Of a stretch of DNA of 64,000 nucleotides, positions 54,272-63,397 are shown one piece after another (the stretch's first letter is position 1; every line of letters starts with the position of its first letter). The notes beneath the pieces were generated by a model, which did not search any database, was not told the origin of the DNA, and saw nothing but the letters and a program-made list of their open reading frames with translations. A program made the position numbers and the translations under genes. This stretch comes from Planctomycetales bacterium (GTDB lineage: Bacteria > Planctomycetota > Planctomycetia > Pirellulales > S012-138), in assembly GCA_015488215.1 (NCBI GenBank), contig WFOE01000049.1, forward strand, positions 12,761 through 76,760. The letters run 5' to 3'.

Positions 54272-56551
54272 ATGGCTACGGAAGCCTCCGCCGCCCTGAA
54301 CCAGCAGTGCATTTCGGTCGCCTTGATTGGCAACCCCAACACGGGCAAATCCACGCTGTTCAATGCGCTGGCCGGCCTGCGGCAACGGGTGGGCAATTAT
54401 CCCGGCGTCACGGTTGAGAAACGCGTCGGCTACTTCGAGTACCAAGGCGCCTCTTTCGCCCTGATTGATCTGCCGGGCACCTACTCGCTTACGCCCCGCT
54501 CTCCCGACGAAATGCTGGTGGTCCAGCTTCTGCTGGGCAAACTGGAAGACCAGCCGCCGCCGGACGTGATTCTCTGCATTGTCGATGCGTCCAACCTGGA
54601 GCGGAACCTGTATCTGGTCAGCCAATTGCTGGAGCTGGGGCGCCCGGTCGTCGTCGCGCTGAACATGATTGACCTGGCCGAAAAGCAAGGGCTGCGGATC
54701 GACGCCCAGCGGCTCAGCCAACGCCTGGGCGTGCCGGTCGTGCCCGTGCAGGCCAATAGGCGGCGAGGACTGGAAGAGCTGAAACAAGCATTGCTTCAGG
54801 CCCGAGAAGCCCCTCCGCCGGACATTCCCCAGGTCTTTCCCCAGCCGGTGGAGGAAGAAGCCGGTCGGTTGCGGGACCAGTTGCAACAGGTGTTCCAGCG
54901 GCAAGGGCAGGGTGAGTCGGACTCCGCCTTCGGCCCGTTGGTCAACGGCCGAAGCGGGCTGCCGCTGTGCCTGGCCCGGCGGATTCTGCTGGACGTGGGC
55001 GGGTTCGTCGAAACGACTCTGCTGCCGCCCGAAGAACCGGTGCGGCAACTGGTCCGCCAAGCCCGTGACCGCTTGCGGCAGCAGAATGTGCGCCTTTCGG
55101 CCGTGGAGGCCGTGGCCCGTTACGACTGGATCCACCACGTGCTGCAAGACGTAGTGCACAAGGAAAAACCGCCGGTCAACTGGACCGACCGCGTGGATCG
55201 GGTGCTGACCCACCGGGTCTGGGGCACGCTGGTGCTGGCCCTGGTAATGCTGGCGGTGTTTATCTCTATCTTCCGCCTGGCCCAATGGCCCATGGACTGG
55301 ATCGACTCCGGCATCGCCACCCTGGGCCAGCACATCGCCCAGTGGTTGCCCGAGGGGCCGCTTCGTTCGCTGCTTATAGACGGAGTGCTAGGCGGCGTGG
55401 GGGCCGTGCTGGTGTTTTTGCCGCAGATTGCCTTGTTGTTCTTCTTCATCGGGCTGCTGGAAGACTGCGGCTACATGGCCCGGGCCGCCTATTTGATGGA
55501 CCGGCTCATGTCCAGCGTGGGACTGAGCGGCAAGTCGTTTATTCCGCTACTGTCCTCGTTCGCTTGCGCGGTGCCGGGAATCATGGCCGCCCGGGTAATC
55601 GAAGACCCGCGCGATCGCCTGGCCACGATTCTGGTGGCCCCGCTGATGAGCTGCTCGGCCCGCTTGCCCGTTTATACCATCCTCATCGCCGCGTTCGTGC
55701 CCACGGATACCCTGCTGGGCTCGCTGCTGCCAGCGCTGGTGCTGTTGGGGATGTACGTGCTGGGTATCGTAGTGGCGATGGTCGTAGCCTGGACCTTGAA
55801 ACGCACGCTGTTGCGCGGGGAGACGCCGCCGTTTGTGATGGAACTGCCGCTGTACAAGTTTCCCTCGCTCCGCGTGGTCGGGATCCGGGTCTGGGACCGA
55901 GCCTGGGCTTTCCTGCGCCGGGCCGGCACCATTATCTTTGCCGTTTCCATCCTGGTTTGGTTCCTCAGCTACTATCCCCGCGACCGGCAAGTGCTACAAA
56001 CCTACCAGGGAAGAATCCAGGCGTTGGAACACCAACTAGCCGGCCTGCCCGAAGACTCCCCCCGCCGCGAAGAACTGCAACTGCGGCTGCAACAGGTCCA
56101 GGCCCGCATGCAGAGCCAACTGCTGCGGCACAGCGCCTTGGGCTGGATGGGCCGCGCGGTGGAACCGGTGGTGCGGCCCCTGGGCTGGGATTGGCGTATC
56201 GGCTGTGCCGTGGTGGCTTCGTTCCCCGCGCGCGAGGTGGTCATCACCGCCATGGGCGTCATCTACAACCTGGGCGAGATCGACCCGGGCGAAGAACAGG
56301 CCCAGAGCCGACTGACCCGCCAGTTGCGCAGCGCCACCTGGGAAGGGACCACCCGGCCCGTGTTCAACTTGCCCGTGGCGCTTTCCATCATGGTGTTCTT
56401 TGCCCTGTGTGCCCAGTGTGCTTCCACGCTGGCTATCATCGCCAAAGAAACCGGCCATTGGAAATGGTCCGTGTTCACCTTCGTCTACATGACCGTGCTG
56501 GCTTATCTGGGAGCGTTGATTACCTACCAGGTCGGCATGCTGTTCGTGTGA
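54272..56551 (+). CDS. feoB: ferrous iron transporter B
   Basis: 759 aa. The N-terminal G-domain (GNPNTGKSTLFNAL, DLPGTYSL) is followed by the gate and polytopic membrane domains. Confidence 0.96.
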   Translation: MATEASAALNQQCISVALIGNPNTGKSTLFNALAGLRQRVGNYPGVTVEKRVGYFEYQGASFALIDLPGTYSLTPRSPDEMLVVQLLLGKLEDQPPPDVILCIVDASNLERNLYLVSQLLELGRPVVVALNMIDLAEKQGLRIDAQRLSQRLGVPVVPVQANRRRGLEELKQALLQAREAPPPDIPQVFPQPVEEEAGRLRDQLQQVFQRQGQGESDSAFGPLVNGRSGLPLCLARRILLDVGGFVETTLLPPEEPVRQLVRQARDRLRQQNVRLSAVEAVARYDWIHHVLQDVVHKEKPPVNWTDRVDRVLTHRVWGTLVLALVMLAVFISIFRLAQWPMDWIDSGIATLGQHIAQWLPEGPLRSLLIDGVLGGVGAVLVFLPQIALLFFFIGLLEDCGYMARAAYLMDRLMSSVGLSGKSFIPLLSSFACAVPGIMAARVIEDPRDRLATILVAPLMSCSARLPVYTILIAAFVPTDTLLGSLLPALVLLGMYVLGIVVAMVVAWTLKRTLLRGETPPFVMELPLYKFPSLRVVGIRVWDRAWAFLRRAGTIIFAVSILVWFLSYYPRDRQVLQTYQGRIQALEHQLAGLPEDSPRREELQLRLQQVQARMQSQLLRHSALGWMGRAVEPVVRPLGWDWRIGCAVVASFPAREVVITAMGVIYNLGEIDPGEEQAQSRLTRQLRSATWEGTTRPVFNLPVALSIMVFFALCAQCASTLAIIAKETGHWKWSVFTFVYMTVLAYLGALITYQVGMLFV

Positions 56552-56648
56552 AACGGCCCCCGGCAGCGAGTGGCCGACGTTTTCCAAACCGGACATCCTG
56601 CTTGCGGAGCGAAGCGTTTTTCATTCTCGAACCCTGAACCGCATTTCC

Positions 56649-56846
56649 ATGTGGCAAGACCTCGTTGCTGCGGGCGTGGCACTGCTGGCTGCCGGATACC
56701 TGGCGTGGCGGCTCTTTTGCCGCCGGGGGAGCTGCTCTCCGGCGTGCGACCGCTGCCCGGCCGCCTCCTCCGGGGAAGAATCGCTGGTACAATTGCAGCC
56801 GCCGGAAGAGTCGCCTCCGGAACCGGTTGCCAAAACGCAAGGCTGA
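56649..56846 (+). CDS. FeoB-associated Cys-rich membrane peptide
   Basis: 65 aa. One N-terminal helix (LVAAGVALLAAGYLAWRLF) is followed by CRRGSCSPACDRC. It lies directly after feoB. Confidence 0.7.
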   Translation: MWQDLVAAGVALLAAGYLAWRLFCRRGSCSPACDRCPAASSGEESLVQLQPPEESPPEPVAKTQG

Positions 56847-56937
56847 GCCGCAGGGGCATCCGGCGCTGGCTGAAGTTTTTCCTCCGAGTCGGAGGAGAAG
56901 CCCGTTCCCCCACCCCGAGCCAGAGGAGACCCGGCTG

Positions 56938-57507
56938 TTGAACTTCACCCGCGACGACGCCTACCGCCTGATGTGCCAGTACACGCAAAGCGAGAGCCTG
57001 CGCAAGCACATGCTGGCCGTGGAGGCGGCCATGCGGGCTTATGCGCGGCGGTTCGGCCAGGACGAGGAAAAGTGGGGCATTACCGGGCTGCTGCACGATT
57101 TCGACTACGAACGCTGGCCCAATCCGCCGGACCATCCGCTCAAGGGAGCCGCCATTCTGACCGAGTTGGGCTATCCGGAGGACGTCATCTACGCCATCAA
57201 GGCCCATGCCGATTACCTGCCCGACTGCCCCCGCGTCTCGCTGCTGGACAAGGCGCTTTACGCCTGCGACGAGCTGGCCGGGTTCATCACGGCTGTGGCA
57301 CTGGTGCGTCCCGGGCGGCTGCAAGGACTGACGGCCAAAAGCGTGCGAAAAAAAATGAAGCAAAAGAGCTTTGCGGCCAACGTCTCGCGGGAGGACATCA
57401 TCCGCGGGGCCGAAGACCTGGGCGTGGAGCTAAATGAGCACATCCAGTTCGTCATCGACGCCATGGCCCAGGTGGCCGACCGGCTCGGCCTGGAACCGGT
57501 CGAGTGA
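56938..57507 (+). CDS. HD/HDIG-domain phosphohydrolase
   Basis: Motifs: HMLAVE, the HD dyad in GLLHDFDYE, and AIKAHADY. The conserved N-terminus begins before the first ATG (56971). I call the TTG at 56938, which has GAGGAG 9 nt upstream. Confidence 0.82.
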   Translation: MNFTRDDAYRLMCQYTQSESLRKHMLAVEAAMRAYARRFGQDEEKWGITGLLHDFDYERWPNPPDHPLKGAAILTELGYPEDVIYAIKAHADYLPDCPRVSLLDKALYACDELAGFITAVALVRPGRLQGLTAKSVRKKMKQKSFAANVSREDIIRGAEDLGVELNEHIQFVIDAMAQVADRLGLEPVE

Positions 57508-57532
57508 TTCGCACCGGGCAGTGGCCGACGCA

Positions 57533-57667
57533 ATGGAACTGGAAAGCTGGCTGCTGTGGATGGGAGAAAACATCGCCCCGGTGCCGGATGAGCTGATCGA
57601 ACGGCTCGATCAGCTCACCCTGGGGCAGCTCGTCTCCCACCTTGGCACGCTGGCCGGGTGCACGTAG
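57533..57667 (+). CDS. possible 44-aa ORF
   Basis: ATG 57533: MELESWLLWMGENIAPVPDELIERLDQLTLGQLVSHLGTLAGCT. Third positions are GC-rich. Its stop abuts the stop of the convergent gene. No motif. Confidence 0.3.
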   Translation: MELESWLLWMGENIAPVPDELIERLDQLTLGQLVSHLGTLAGCT

Positions 57668-58405
57668 CTACACGCCCGCTGTTACTTCGCCCAGCAGTTC
57701 CACTTGCTCATTAACCGGACGGCTCCAATCCAGCCAGGCGGCCGAACCTTCGCTCAACCGGCCCGGGTTGACCACCGTGGTATGGGCCACGCGTTCCCAG
57801 CCGCGGTGAGCCGTTTCGCCCAAGGCGACGCACAGCCGCGGGTGGTAGCTGTCAATCAGCTCCCCGACCAGCGGATTGCCGCCCTCGCCGCCAAGTTTGC
57901 CCGTAGGCGGCTCGGCCACCAGCAGCACCTTCTGCGGTTGTTCCGCCCTGGCCAGTTGACGGAGGAAATACTCTAGCGTCGTGCGGGAAACCCGCAGTTG
58001 TGGGGTCGGCGTGTCCTCATGGTCGGTCAGATGGCCTCCGGCGCCTTGGATGACTACGTCGCGCTGGGCCACCGGCACGTGATGCACCACGTGCAGATTG
58101 GGGTGGTCGATCTCGCAGTCCATCGCCGCACGGAGGAAAACCCGTTCCGGCACGTCCTGCACCCCCGGCACCAGCGCGGTGAACACGCCGGTTTTGCCCA
58201 GCGTTTCGAAGCAGCGTTCCCAGAAGCGGATGTTTTCGTGTTCCCGCTGAGTTACTTCCTTCGGGTTGCGTGGCATGGGATGTCGGCAAGCCAGTCCACC
58301 GGCCAGGAGCACGGCTTCCGGATTACGTTGCTCGATCCACTGAACCAACCTGTCCAGGGCTTCTTCCTTGCCGTCCAGTCCACCGCAAAGCAGAAAGCGT
58401 CTCAT
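57668..58405 (-). CDS. metallophosphoesterase family protein
   Basis: Trimmed to the ATG at 58405 (GGGAGGAAG upstream). The sequence MRRFLLCGGLDGKEEAL...VLLAGGL and later GH/GG motifs fit a calcineurin-like fold loosely. Confidence 0.72.
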   Translation of the reverse strand: MRRFLLCGGLDGKEEALDRLVQWIEQRNPEAVLLAGGLACRHPMPRNPKEVTQREHENIRFWERCFETLGKTGVFTALVPGVQDVPERVFLRAAMDCEIDHPNLHVVHHVPVAQRDVVIQGAGGHLTDHEDTPTPQLRVSRTTLEYFLRQLARAEQPQKVLLVAEPPTGKLGGEGGNPLVGELIDSYHPRLCVALGETAHRGWERVAHTTVVNPGRLSEGSAAWLDWSRPVNEQVELLGEVTAGV

Positions 58406-58680
58406 GGTTTCTTCCTCCCGGCAAAGCGAGTCGCGTTCAGAGGGGCCCGGTCTTCGGCTCCGGAGGGTCCGCGAGCCGCATCCGCCCGCGAATCCGCTCC
58501 GGGCCGTGGCAACGCTGCTCAAGCTGCTTTCACCCAGGAGGGTCGCCACGGCACACGCAGAGTACCCACTGGCAGAGGGTGCAACTTTGATGCCAAAGCC
58601 GGGGCGATGTCAAAATGACACGCTCCCCCCGTGGGTCCGGCGAGGCGAAGCCGCTGGTCCCCGGAGGGGCAGATTGGTTC

Positions 58681-58726
58681 GGCCAGCGGTTAGGGGGACT
58701 GGTCGATTTGGCCAGCGGTTAGGGGT
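58681..58726. repeat. direct duplication GGCCAGCGGTTAGGGG(G/T)ACTGG spanning a gene's stop codon
   Basis: Copies at 58681-58697 and 58710-58726. The second copy contains the TAA stop and last codons of the 58719..60305 gene. Confidence 0.8.
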
Positions 58727-60305
58727 ACTGGGCCTGGTTGAGCCGGGCGGTCCAGAACTGCTCGGCTTGCTTGTAAAGCTGGATGATTTCGGCCCGCTGT
58801 TTCCGATTGGCAATCCGCAGCCTGCGGCGGCTCTGCTGCAGCCAACGCAGGAAGAAGCGAACCGCACTGCGGCGCACGGTCGTCTGCTTTTTCCGCTGGA
58901 TGTAGTAGGGACCGCTGAGGGCGAAACGGTACGTTTGCGGCACTTCGGCCACGGCCCGAAACAGAAACCAGCCCGGCTCGTAGAACCGCAACCCCTCGAT
59001 TCGGCCCGCGTTTTGTTGCAACTGCGGCACCGGCACACGATGGACCACCTGGCCGTTGTGGATCACTTCGACGTAGCGGACCGGGTCGCGGCTGTCCAGC
59101 TCCACCAGGGCATCGAGCACCAGCGGCTCTTCGCCCGGCAGGTCGAACACTTCCCCCGGCGGGTGGCCCGCCACGCTCGGGCGGAGCAGCGGTCCGTTGG
59201 TTACGATCACGCGTCCCTGGGCGAAGCGGTCCCACCACCGTTGCGGATCGAACTTGCCCGGGGCGTGAACGTAAACCCGGTTGTATCCGACCGGATTGCC
59301 CACCAGCCCCGAGCCGCTTCCGCCCGAGGGGGGAATCCGGAACCCGGCGTTGAGCACCTGAAAGTAGATGTACTGATGCCACAGGGCCTGCCCCCACGGC
59401 GCAGCCAGCCGCCGCCGGTCCGGCACATAGCCTTCCAGGTTGGGCGTGGCCGATCCGGAACGCAACAGCGAAGCAGAAGCCACCTGGATGGAACGCACCC
59501 GGCCCAAAGCCAGCCAGACGGGCAGTTCCCAGCTTTGCGGGTCGGCCACGTCGATCCACGCTCCCTGCTGCTGGGCTTGTTGCAGCGAGGGCATCAGGCT
59601 GGGCAGTCCGGCTTGTTCCGGATCGAACGAAAGCGGTTTGTCCAGATTGAGATATAGCAGCGTGCCTCCGCGGCGATGTTCAAACCCGCCCAGCAGGTGC
59701 ACCCAGCGCATCTGCCCGGCAAGTTGGGTCAGGGCCGGCTGGGGCACGGGACGATCCTGCCAGGGGTTTTTCTCCGGGCTCCAGGTAATCATCTGGGCCA
59801 GGGGCAAATCTTCGGCGTTCATCACCACGGGCATGTCTTTCGGGTTGCGATGCACCCGCAGATCGGCTCCCCACCATCCCCGCTGGCTCATGTCCACCAG
59901 GCGGCGCACCCCAATCGTCTTGCGGTCGCGGCTGGCCGCCTGCATGAGAAAATAGCCGCTGGCCCGACCCCATTCCGGGCCGCGTTCCACCTCGAAGAAA
60001 TACTTGCCCGGCGGAAGCAGAACCACGAGGCTCCCACCGGTGGAAAAGTGATCGTGCCAGAAGGGGAACTTGCCCACGCGGATGCTGCGGCCCTGGGCAT
60101 CCTTCAGGTGGATGCGGCAGGGGAGCGGCTCTCGGGTGTCCAGGTCCACGATGGTCCACTCCAGCCGCCCGATTGCCTGGGCTCGGGCCGCTTCCGCACC
60201 CAGCAGCAACACCAGCCAGGCGACCACCGCCCAAACCGACCAGGCAGCCCCGCGGCGGGAGCTTTGGCCATCGCGAACCCGACCAGGGTGGGTTGTACAG
60301 CACAT
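58719..60305 (-). CDS. secreted hypothetical protein (N-terminal Ig-like/CarboxypepD_reg-like domain)
   Basis: Trimmed to the ATG at 60305 (GAGGA upstream). It has a signal peptide (WSVWAVVAWLVLLLGAEAARA). The N-terminal beta-rich segment LEWTIVDLDTREPLPCRIHLKDAQGR fits that domain. The remainder is unassigned. Confidence 0.72.
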   Translation of the reverse strand: MCCTTHPGRVRDGQSSRRGAAWSVWAVVAWLVLLLGAEAARAQAIGRLEWTIVDLDTREPLPCRIHLKDAQGRSIRVGKFPFWHDHFSTGGSLVVLLPPGKYFFEVERGPEWGRASGYFLMQAASRDRKTIGVRRLVDMSQRGWWGADLRVHRNPKDMPVVMNAEDLPLAQMITWSPEKNPWQDRPVPQPALTQLAGQMRWVHLLGGFEHRRGGTLLYLNLDKPLSFDPEQAGLPSLMPSLQQAQQQGAWIDVADPQSWELPVWLALGRVRSIQVASASLLRSGSATPNLEGYVPDRRRLAAPWGQALWHQYIYFQVLNAGFRIPPSGGSGSGLVGNPVGYNRVYVHAPGKFDPQRWWDRFAQGRVIVTNGPLLRPSVAGHPPGEVFDLPGEEPLVLDALVELDSRDPVRYVEVIHNGQVVHRVPVPQLQQNAGRIEGLRFYEPGWFLFRAVAEVPQTYRFALSGPYYIQRKKQTTVRRSAVRFFLRWLQQSRRRLRIANRKQRAEIIQLYKQAEQFWTARLNQAQYP

Positions 60306-60607
60306 GGCAAGTTTTTCCTCAAACAGGAGCGTCTCGACGGGCAGTGGACACACCGGGGCCGATTGCCCTAGCAACTCTAGCACCGCTGCAAGTGGGAGCG
60401 GTTCGGTTTGTGGCGAATCTGCCGCCTGGATTGCCCTGCTGCCGACGCTAGAAAACTGCGCCGCAGTGCGGTACGATTTCTAAACTGAAGGGGTGTTTTC
60501 GCCGGAAATGCCGCTTGTGTGTCGTAAGTTATTAGAGAACAACTGGTTGCGCTTGGCATCCGGTTTTTCCTTCCGAACCACGACGCCGAGTGGAACCTGG
60601 GAGTCCC

Positions 60608-61561
60608 ATGAGCACAATGGCCAAAGACTACTATAAAATCCTGGGCGTGAGCCGGAACGCCACGGCCGAGGAGATTCAGAAGGCCTATCGCCGTCTGGTG
60701 CGGAAATACCACCCGGACGTCAACCCGGACGACAAGCAGGCCCAGGAAAAGTTCAAAGAGGTCCAAGAGGCCTTCGAGGTTCTCAGCGACCCGAAAAAAC
60801 GCGAAATGTACGACCGCTACGGCAGTGCGTTTGAATACGCCGCGGCCGGCGGGGGGCCCGGGGGCGCCGGGCAGACCTACACCTGGAGCAACGTGGATAC
60901 GGATTTCGACGATTTCGATTTTTCGCAGATATTCGGTTCGCGGGGAGCGGGCAGCCCGTTCGACTTCGTGGAAATCTTCCGCCGCCAGCAGCCCGGGGGA
61001 GCTCGTCCCCGAGCCCGACGCGGCGTGGACGTGGAAACCGAGCTGACCGTGCCGTTTGCCACGGCGGTGACCGGAGGCGAAACCGAAATCACGCTCCGCG
61101 GCCCGCAGGGCGAAAAGCACCTGCGGGTGAAGATTCCCGCAGGGATCGAGTCAGGCCAGAAGATTCGCCTGCGCGGGCAGGGGCGTCCCGGGGCCGGAGG
61201 CGGCCCGCCGGGCGACCTGTTCATCCGCGTGCAGGTGGCGCCGCATCCGTGGTTCGAGCGGGTGGGCAAGAACCTGCGGCTGAAGCTGCCCGTCACTCCC
61301 GCCGAGGCCGCCGGAGGAACCACAATCGACGTGCCCACGCCCAAGGGAACCGTCTCGCTGAAAGTGCCTCCGGGGTCCAACACCGGCACCAAGTTGCGGG
61401 TGCGGGGCCACGGCGTAGCACCGCGAGGGCAATCCCCGGGCGACCTCATCGTGGAGCTGCAAGTGAAGCTCCCGCCGAACTTGACCCAGGAGGACGTGGA
61501 ACTGCTGCGACAACTGGACCAGCGTCATCCGTGGAATCCTCGTGGCGAAATCCGCTGGTAG
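60608..61561 (+). CDS. J-domain co-chaperone, type II (CbpA/DnaJ-like, no zinc finger)
   Basis: J-domain DYYKILGV...KYHPD, a G-rich linker and two C-terminal beta domains. No CxxCxGxG repeats. ATG at 60608 with GGGAG 4 nt upstream. Confidence 0.9.
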   Translation: MSTMAKDYYKILGVSRNATAEEIQKAYRRLVRKYHPDVNPDDKQAQEKFKEVQEAFEVLSDPKKREMYDRYGSAFEYAAAGGGPGGAGQTYTWSNVDTDFDDFDFSQIFGSRGAGSPFDFVEIFRRQQPGGARPRARRGVDVETELTVPFATAVTGGETEITLRGPQGEKHLRVKIPAGIESGQKIRLRGQGRPGAGGGPPGDLFIRVQVAPHPWFERVGKNLRLKLPVTPAEAAGGTTIDVPTPKGTVSLKVPPGSNTGTKLRVRGHGVAPRGQSPGDLIVELQVKLPPNLTQEDVELLRQLDQRHPWNPRGEIRW

Positions 61562-61596
61562 GCCCTTAACGGCCCCGGCGTGGCCGCCCCCTGGTG

Positions 61597-61989
61597 ATGA
61601 ACGATTTTCGCTTTCGAAAAAAGTACCGCCTGCGGCACCGCCGCGAGTACGACCGGGTGTTTTCCCAGCGCGTGCGAGCCGGGAACGACGTGCTGCTGGT
61701 CTATGGGGCTCGTAACCCTTACGATTATCCGCGGCTGGGGCTGACCGTTTCCCGCAAAGTGGGCAAGGCCACGCGACGCAACCGATGGAAACGACTAATC
61801 CGCGAGGCGTTCCGCCTGAACCGGCACCGGCTCCCGCAGGGCGTGGACCTGGTGGTGATTCCCCGGCCCCAGGCTCAGCCGACCCTGGAGAGTGTGACCC
61901 GGGCGCTGCTGCACCTGGCCCGGCGCGTGGAGCGGAAACTCAACCGGCGGCAAGGGCCGCCCCCGCGGGAAGGTTCCGCCGGGGGTTAG
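61597..61989 (+). CDS. rnpA: ribonuclease P protein component
   Basis: About 130 aa and basic. The RNR-type motif region is [26 protein letters not shown]. Confidence 0.9.
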   Translation: MNDFRFRKKYRLRHRREYDRVFSQRVRAGNDVLLVYGARNPYDYPRLGLTVSRKVGKATRRNRWKRLIREAFRLNRHRLPQGVDLVVIPRPQAQPTLESVTRALLHLARRVERKLNRRQGPPPREGSAGG

Positions 61990-61991
61990 CT

Positions 61992-62213
61992 TTGGCCGCC
62001 CGGGTGCCGGCCGAGCTGCTCATCTTGCTGGTCCGGTGCTACCAGTGGACGCTCAGTCCGCTGGTGGGGCGCCAGTGCCGCTTTCGGCCCACGTGCAGCA
62101 ACTACTTCATCCAGGCGGTGCGGAAATACGGGGCACTTCGGGGTGCGTGGCGAGGGCTGCTGCGCATCTGCCGCTGCCACCCGGGCCATCCCGGCGGCTA
62201 CGATCCGCCCTAG
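61992..62213 (+). CDS. yidD: membrane protein insertion efficiency factor YidD
   Basis: Sequence [57 protein letters not shown]. The start is either the TTG at 61992 or the GTG at 62004. Confidence 0.85.
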   Translation: MAARVPAELLILLVRCYQWTLSPLVGRQCRFRPTCSNYFIQAVRKYGALRGAWRGLLRICRCHPGHPGGYDPP

Positions 62214-62340
62214 GACGCGGGGCATCTGCGGTTCGCGGCACCGGGGGCATGATGTATCTTTGAGGCACGTTTTCTTTGCCCGGGCCGCCGTTTCGGTTGC
62301 CGCGGCCACTTTCGTTTCCGCAAGAGAAAACCTGCACCCG

Positions 62341-63219
62341 ATGAAGTTTGCCCAGTGTTACGCCCCGGGACGGTTCGGCTTGTCGATGGAGCTGTTCCCG
62401 CCCAAGACCCCCAAGGGGATGGACTCCCTGCTGCGCCACGTGGAGCGGTTGATGGATTTCCGCCCGGATATCATCACGTGCACCTACGGGGCGGGCGGCT
62501 CGACACGCGACCGCACGCTGGAAGTGGCCGAAACGGTCCACCGGCGTTTTGGCGTCTCGGTGGCGGCGCATCTGACACTGGTCGGCTCCACGGTTCAGGA
62601 GCTGCGGGCGTTCCTGCAAGAAGCCTGGCAGCGAGGAATCGAAAACATCGTGGCCCTGCGCGGCGACCCACCTCGGGACCAGCCGGACTTCCGCCCCGTG
62701 CCCGGCGGGCTACGTTACGCCAACGAGCTGGTGGAGCTAATCCGCCGCGAGTTTCCGCAGTTCGGTGTGGCCGTGGCCGGATACCCGGAAACCCACCAGG
62801 AGGCTCCCAGTCCCGAAGCCGACCTGCAAAATCTGCTGCGCAAAGTCCAGGCCGGGGCCGATGTGGTGATTACCCAACTGTTCTACGACAACGCCGATTA
62901 CTTCGACTTCTGCCGCCGGGCCCGGCAGGTGGGCGTGGGGGTGCCCATCGTGCCTGGGCTGCTACCCATTACGAATCTGGCCCAGGTGAAGCGGATTACT
63001 TCGCTCTGCGGAGCAAAGCTGCCCCAGGAACTGATTGAGCAGATGGGCCAGTACGAAGACGGTTCGCAGGAACAGTTCCGCCTGGGGGTGGAGTTTGCCA
63101 TCCGGCAAGTGCGGGAGCTGGTCGAAGGGGGCGTGCCCGGGCTGCACTTTTACGTGCTCAATCGCTCCGAGGCCGCTTCGGCCATCCTCTCGGCCGTGGA
63201 GCTACCGCGCAAAGCATAG
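62341..63219 (+). CDS. metF: methylenetetrahydrofolate reductase [NAD(P)H]
   Basis: Trimmed to the ATG at 62341. Sequence MKFAQCY..SMELFPPKT...TCTYGAGGSTR...ALRGDPP. Confidence 0.93.
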   Translation: MKFAQCYAPGRFGLSMELFPPKTPKGMDSLLRHVERLMDFRPDIITCTYGAGGSTRDRTLEVAETVHRRFGVSVAAHLTLVGSTVQELRAFLQEAWQRGIENIVALRGDPPRDQPDFRPVPGGLRYANELVELIRREFPQFGVAVAGYPETHQEAPSPEADLQNLLRKVQAGADVVITQLFYDNADYFDFCRRARQVGVGVPIVPGLLPITNLAQVKRITSLCGAKLPQELIEQMGQYEDGSQEQFRLGVEFAIRQVRELVEGGVPGLHFYVLNRSEAASAILSAVELPRKA

Positions 63220-63397
63220 GGCAACCGCTGCGGTCCTTCGGCCGTGGCATCCTCCGCGGTGGCCGCGCGGTCGGGAAAAGCCTATCCTGGGGCGTGCCGG
63301 GCCCGGGAGGTTGCTTGTGCAGGGTGTTCTCCCCGGGAAAGGGCATCCGTGGTTGCCCGATGGTGTTTTCGAGCAGTTTAACCCCAAGGAGTTTCCC

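Noticed and set aside
52652-55333. 893-aa minus-strand ORF
   Set aside because: It is antisense to feoA and feoB and overlaps the sulfatase out of frame. This is a shadow ORF. feoB and the sulfatase are motif-supported.
62214-62340. SAM or SAH riboswitch upstream of metF
   Set aside because: I recognised no S-box, SAM-II or SAH conserved cores in the 127-nt leader. It is too short and lacks the expected pseudoknot or helix signatures.
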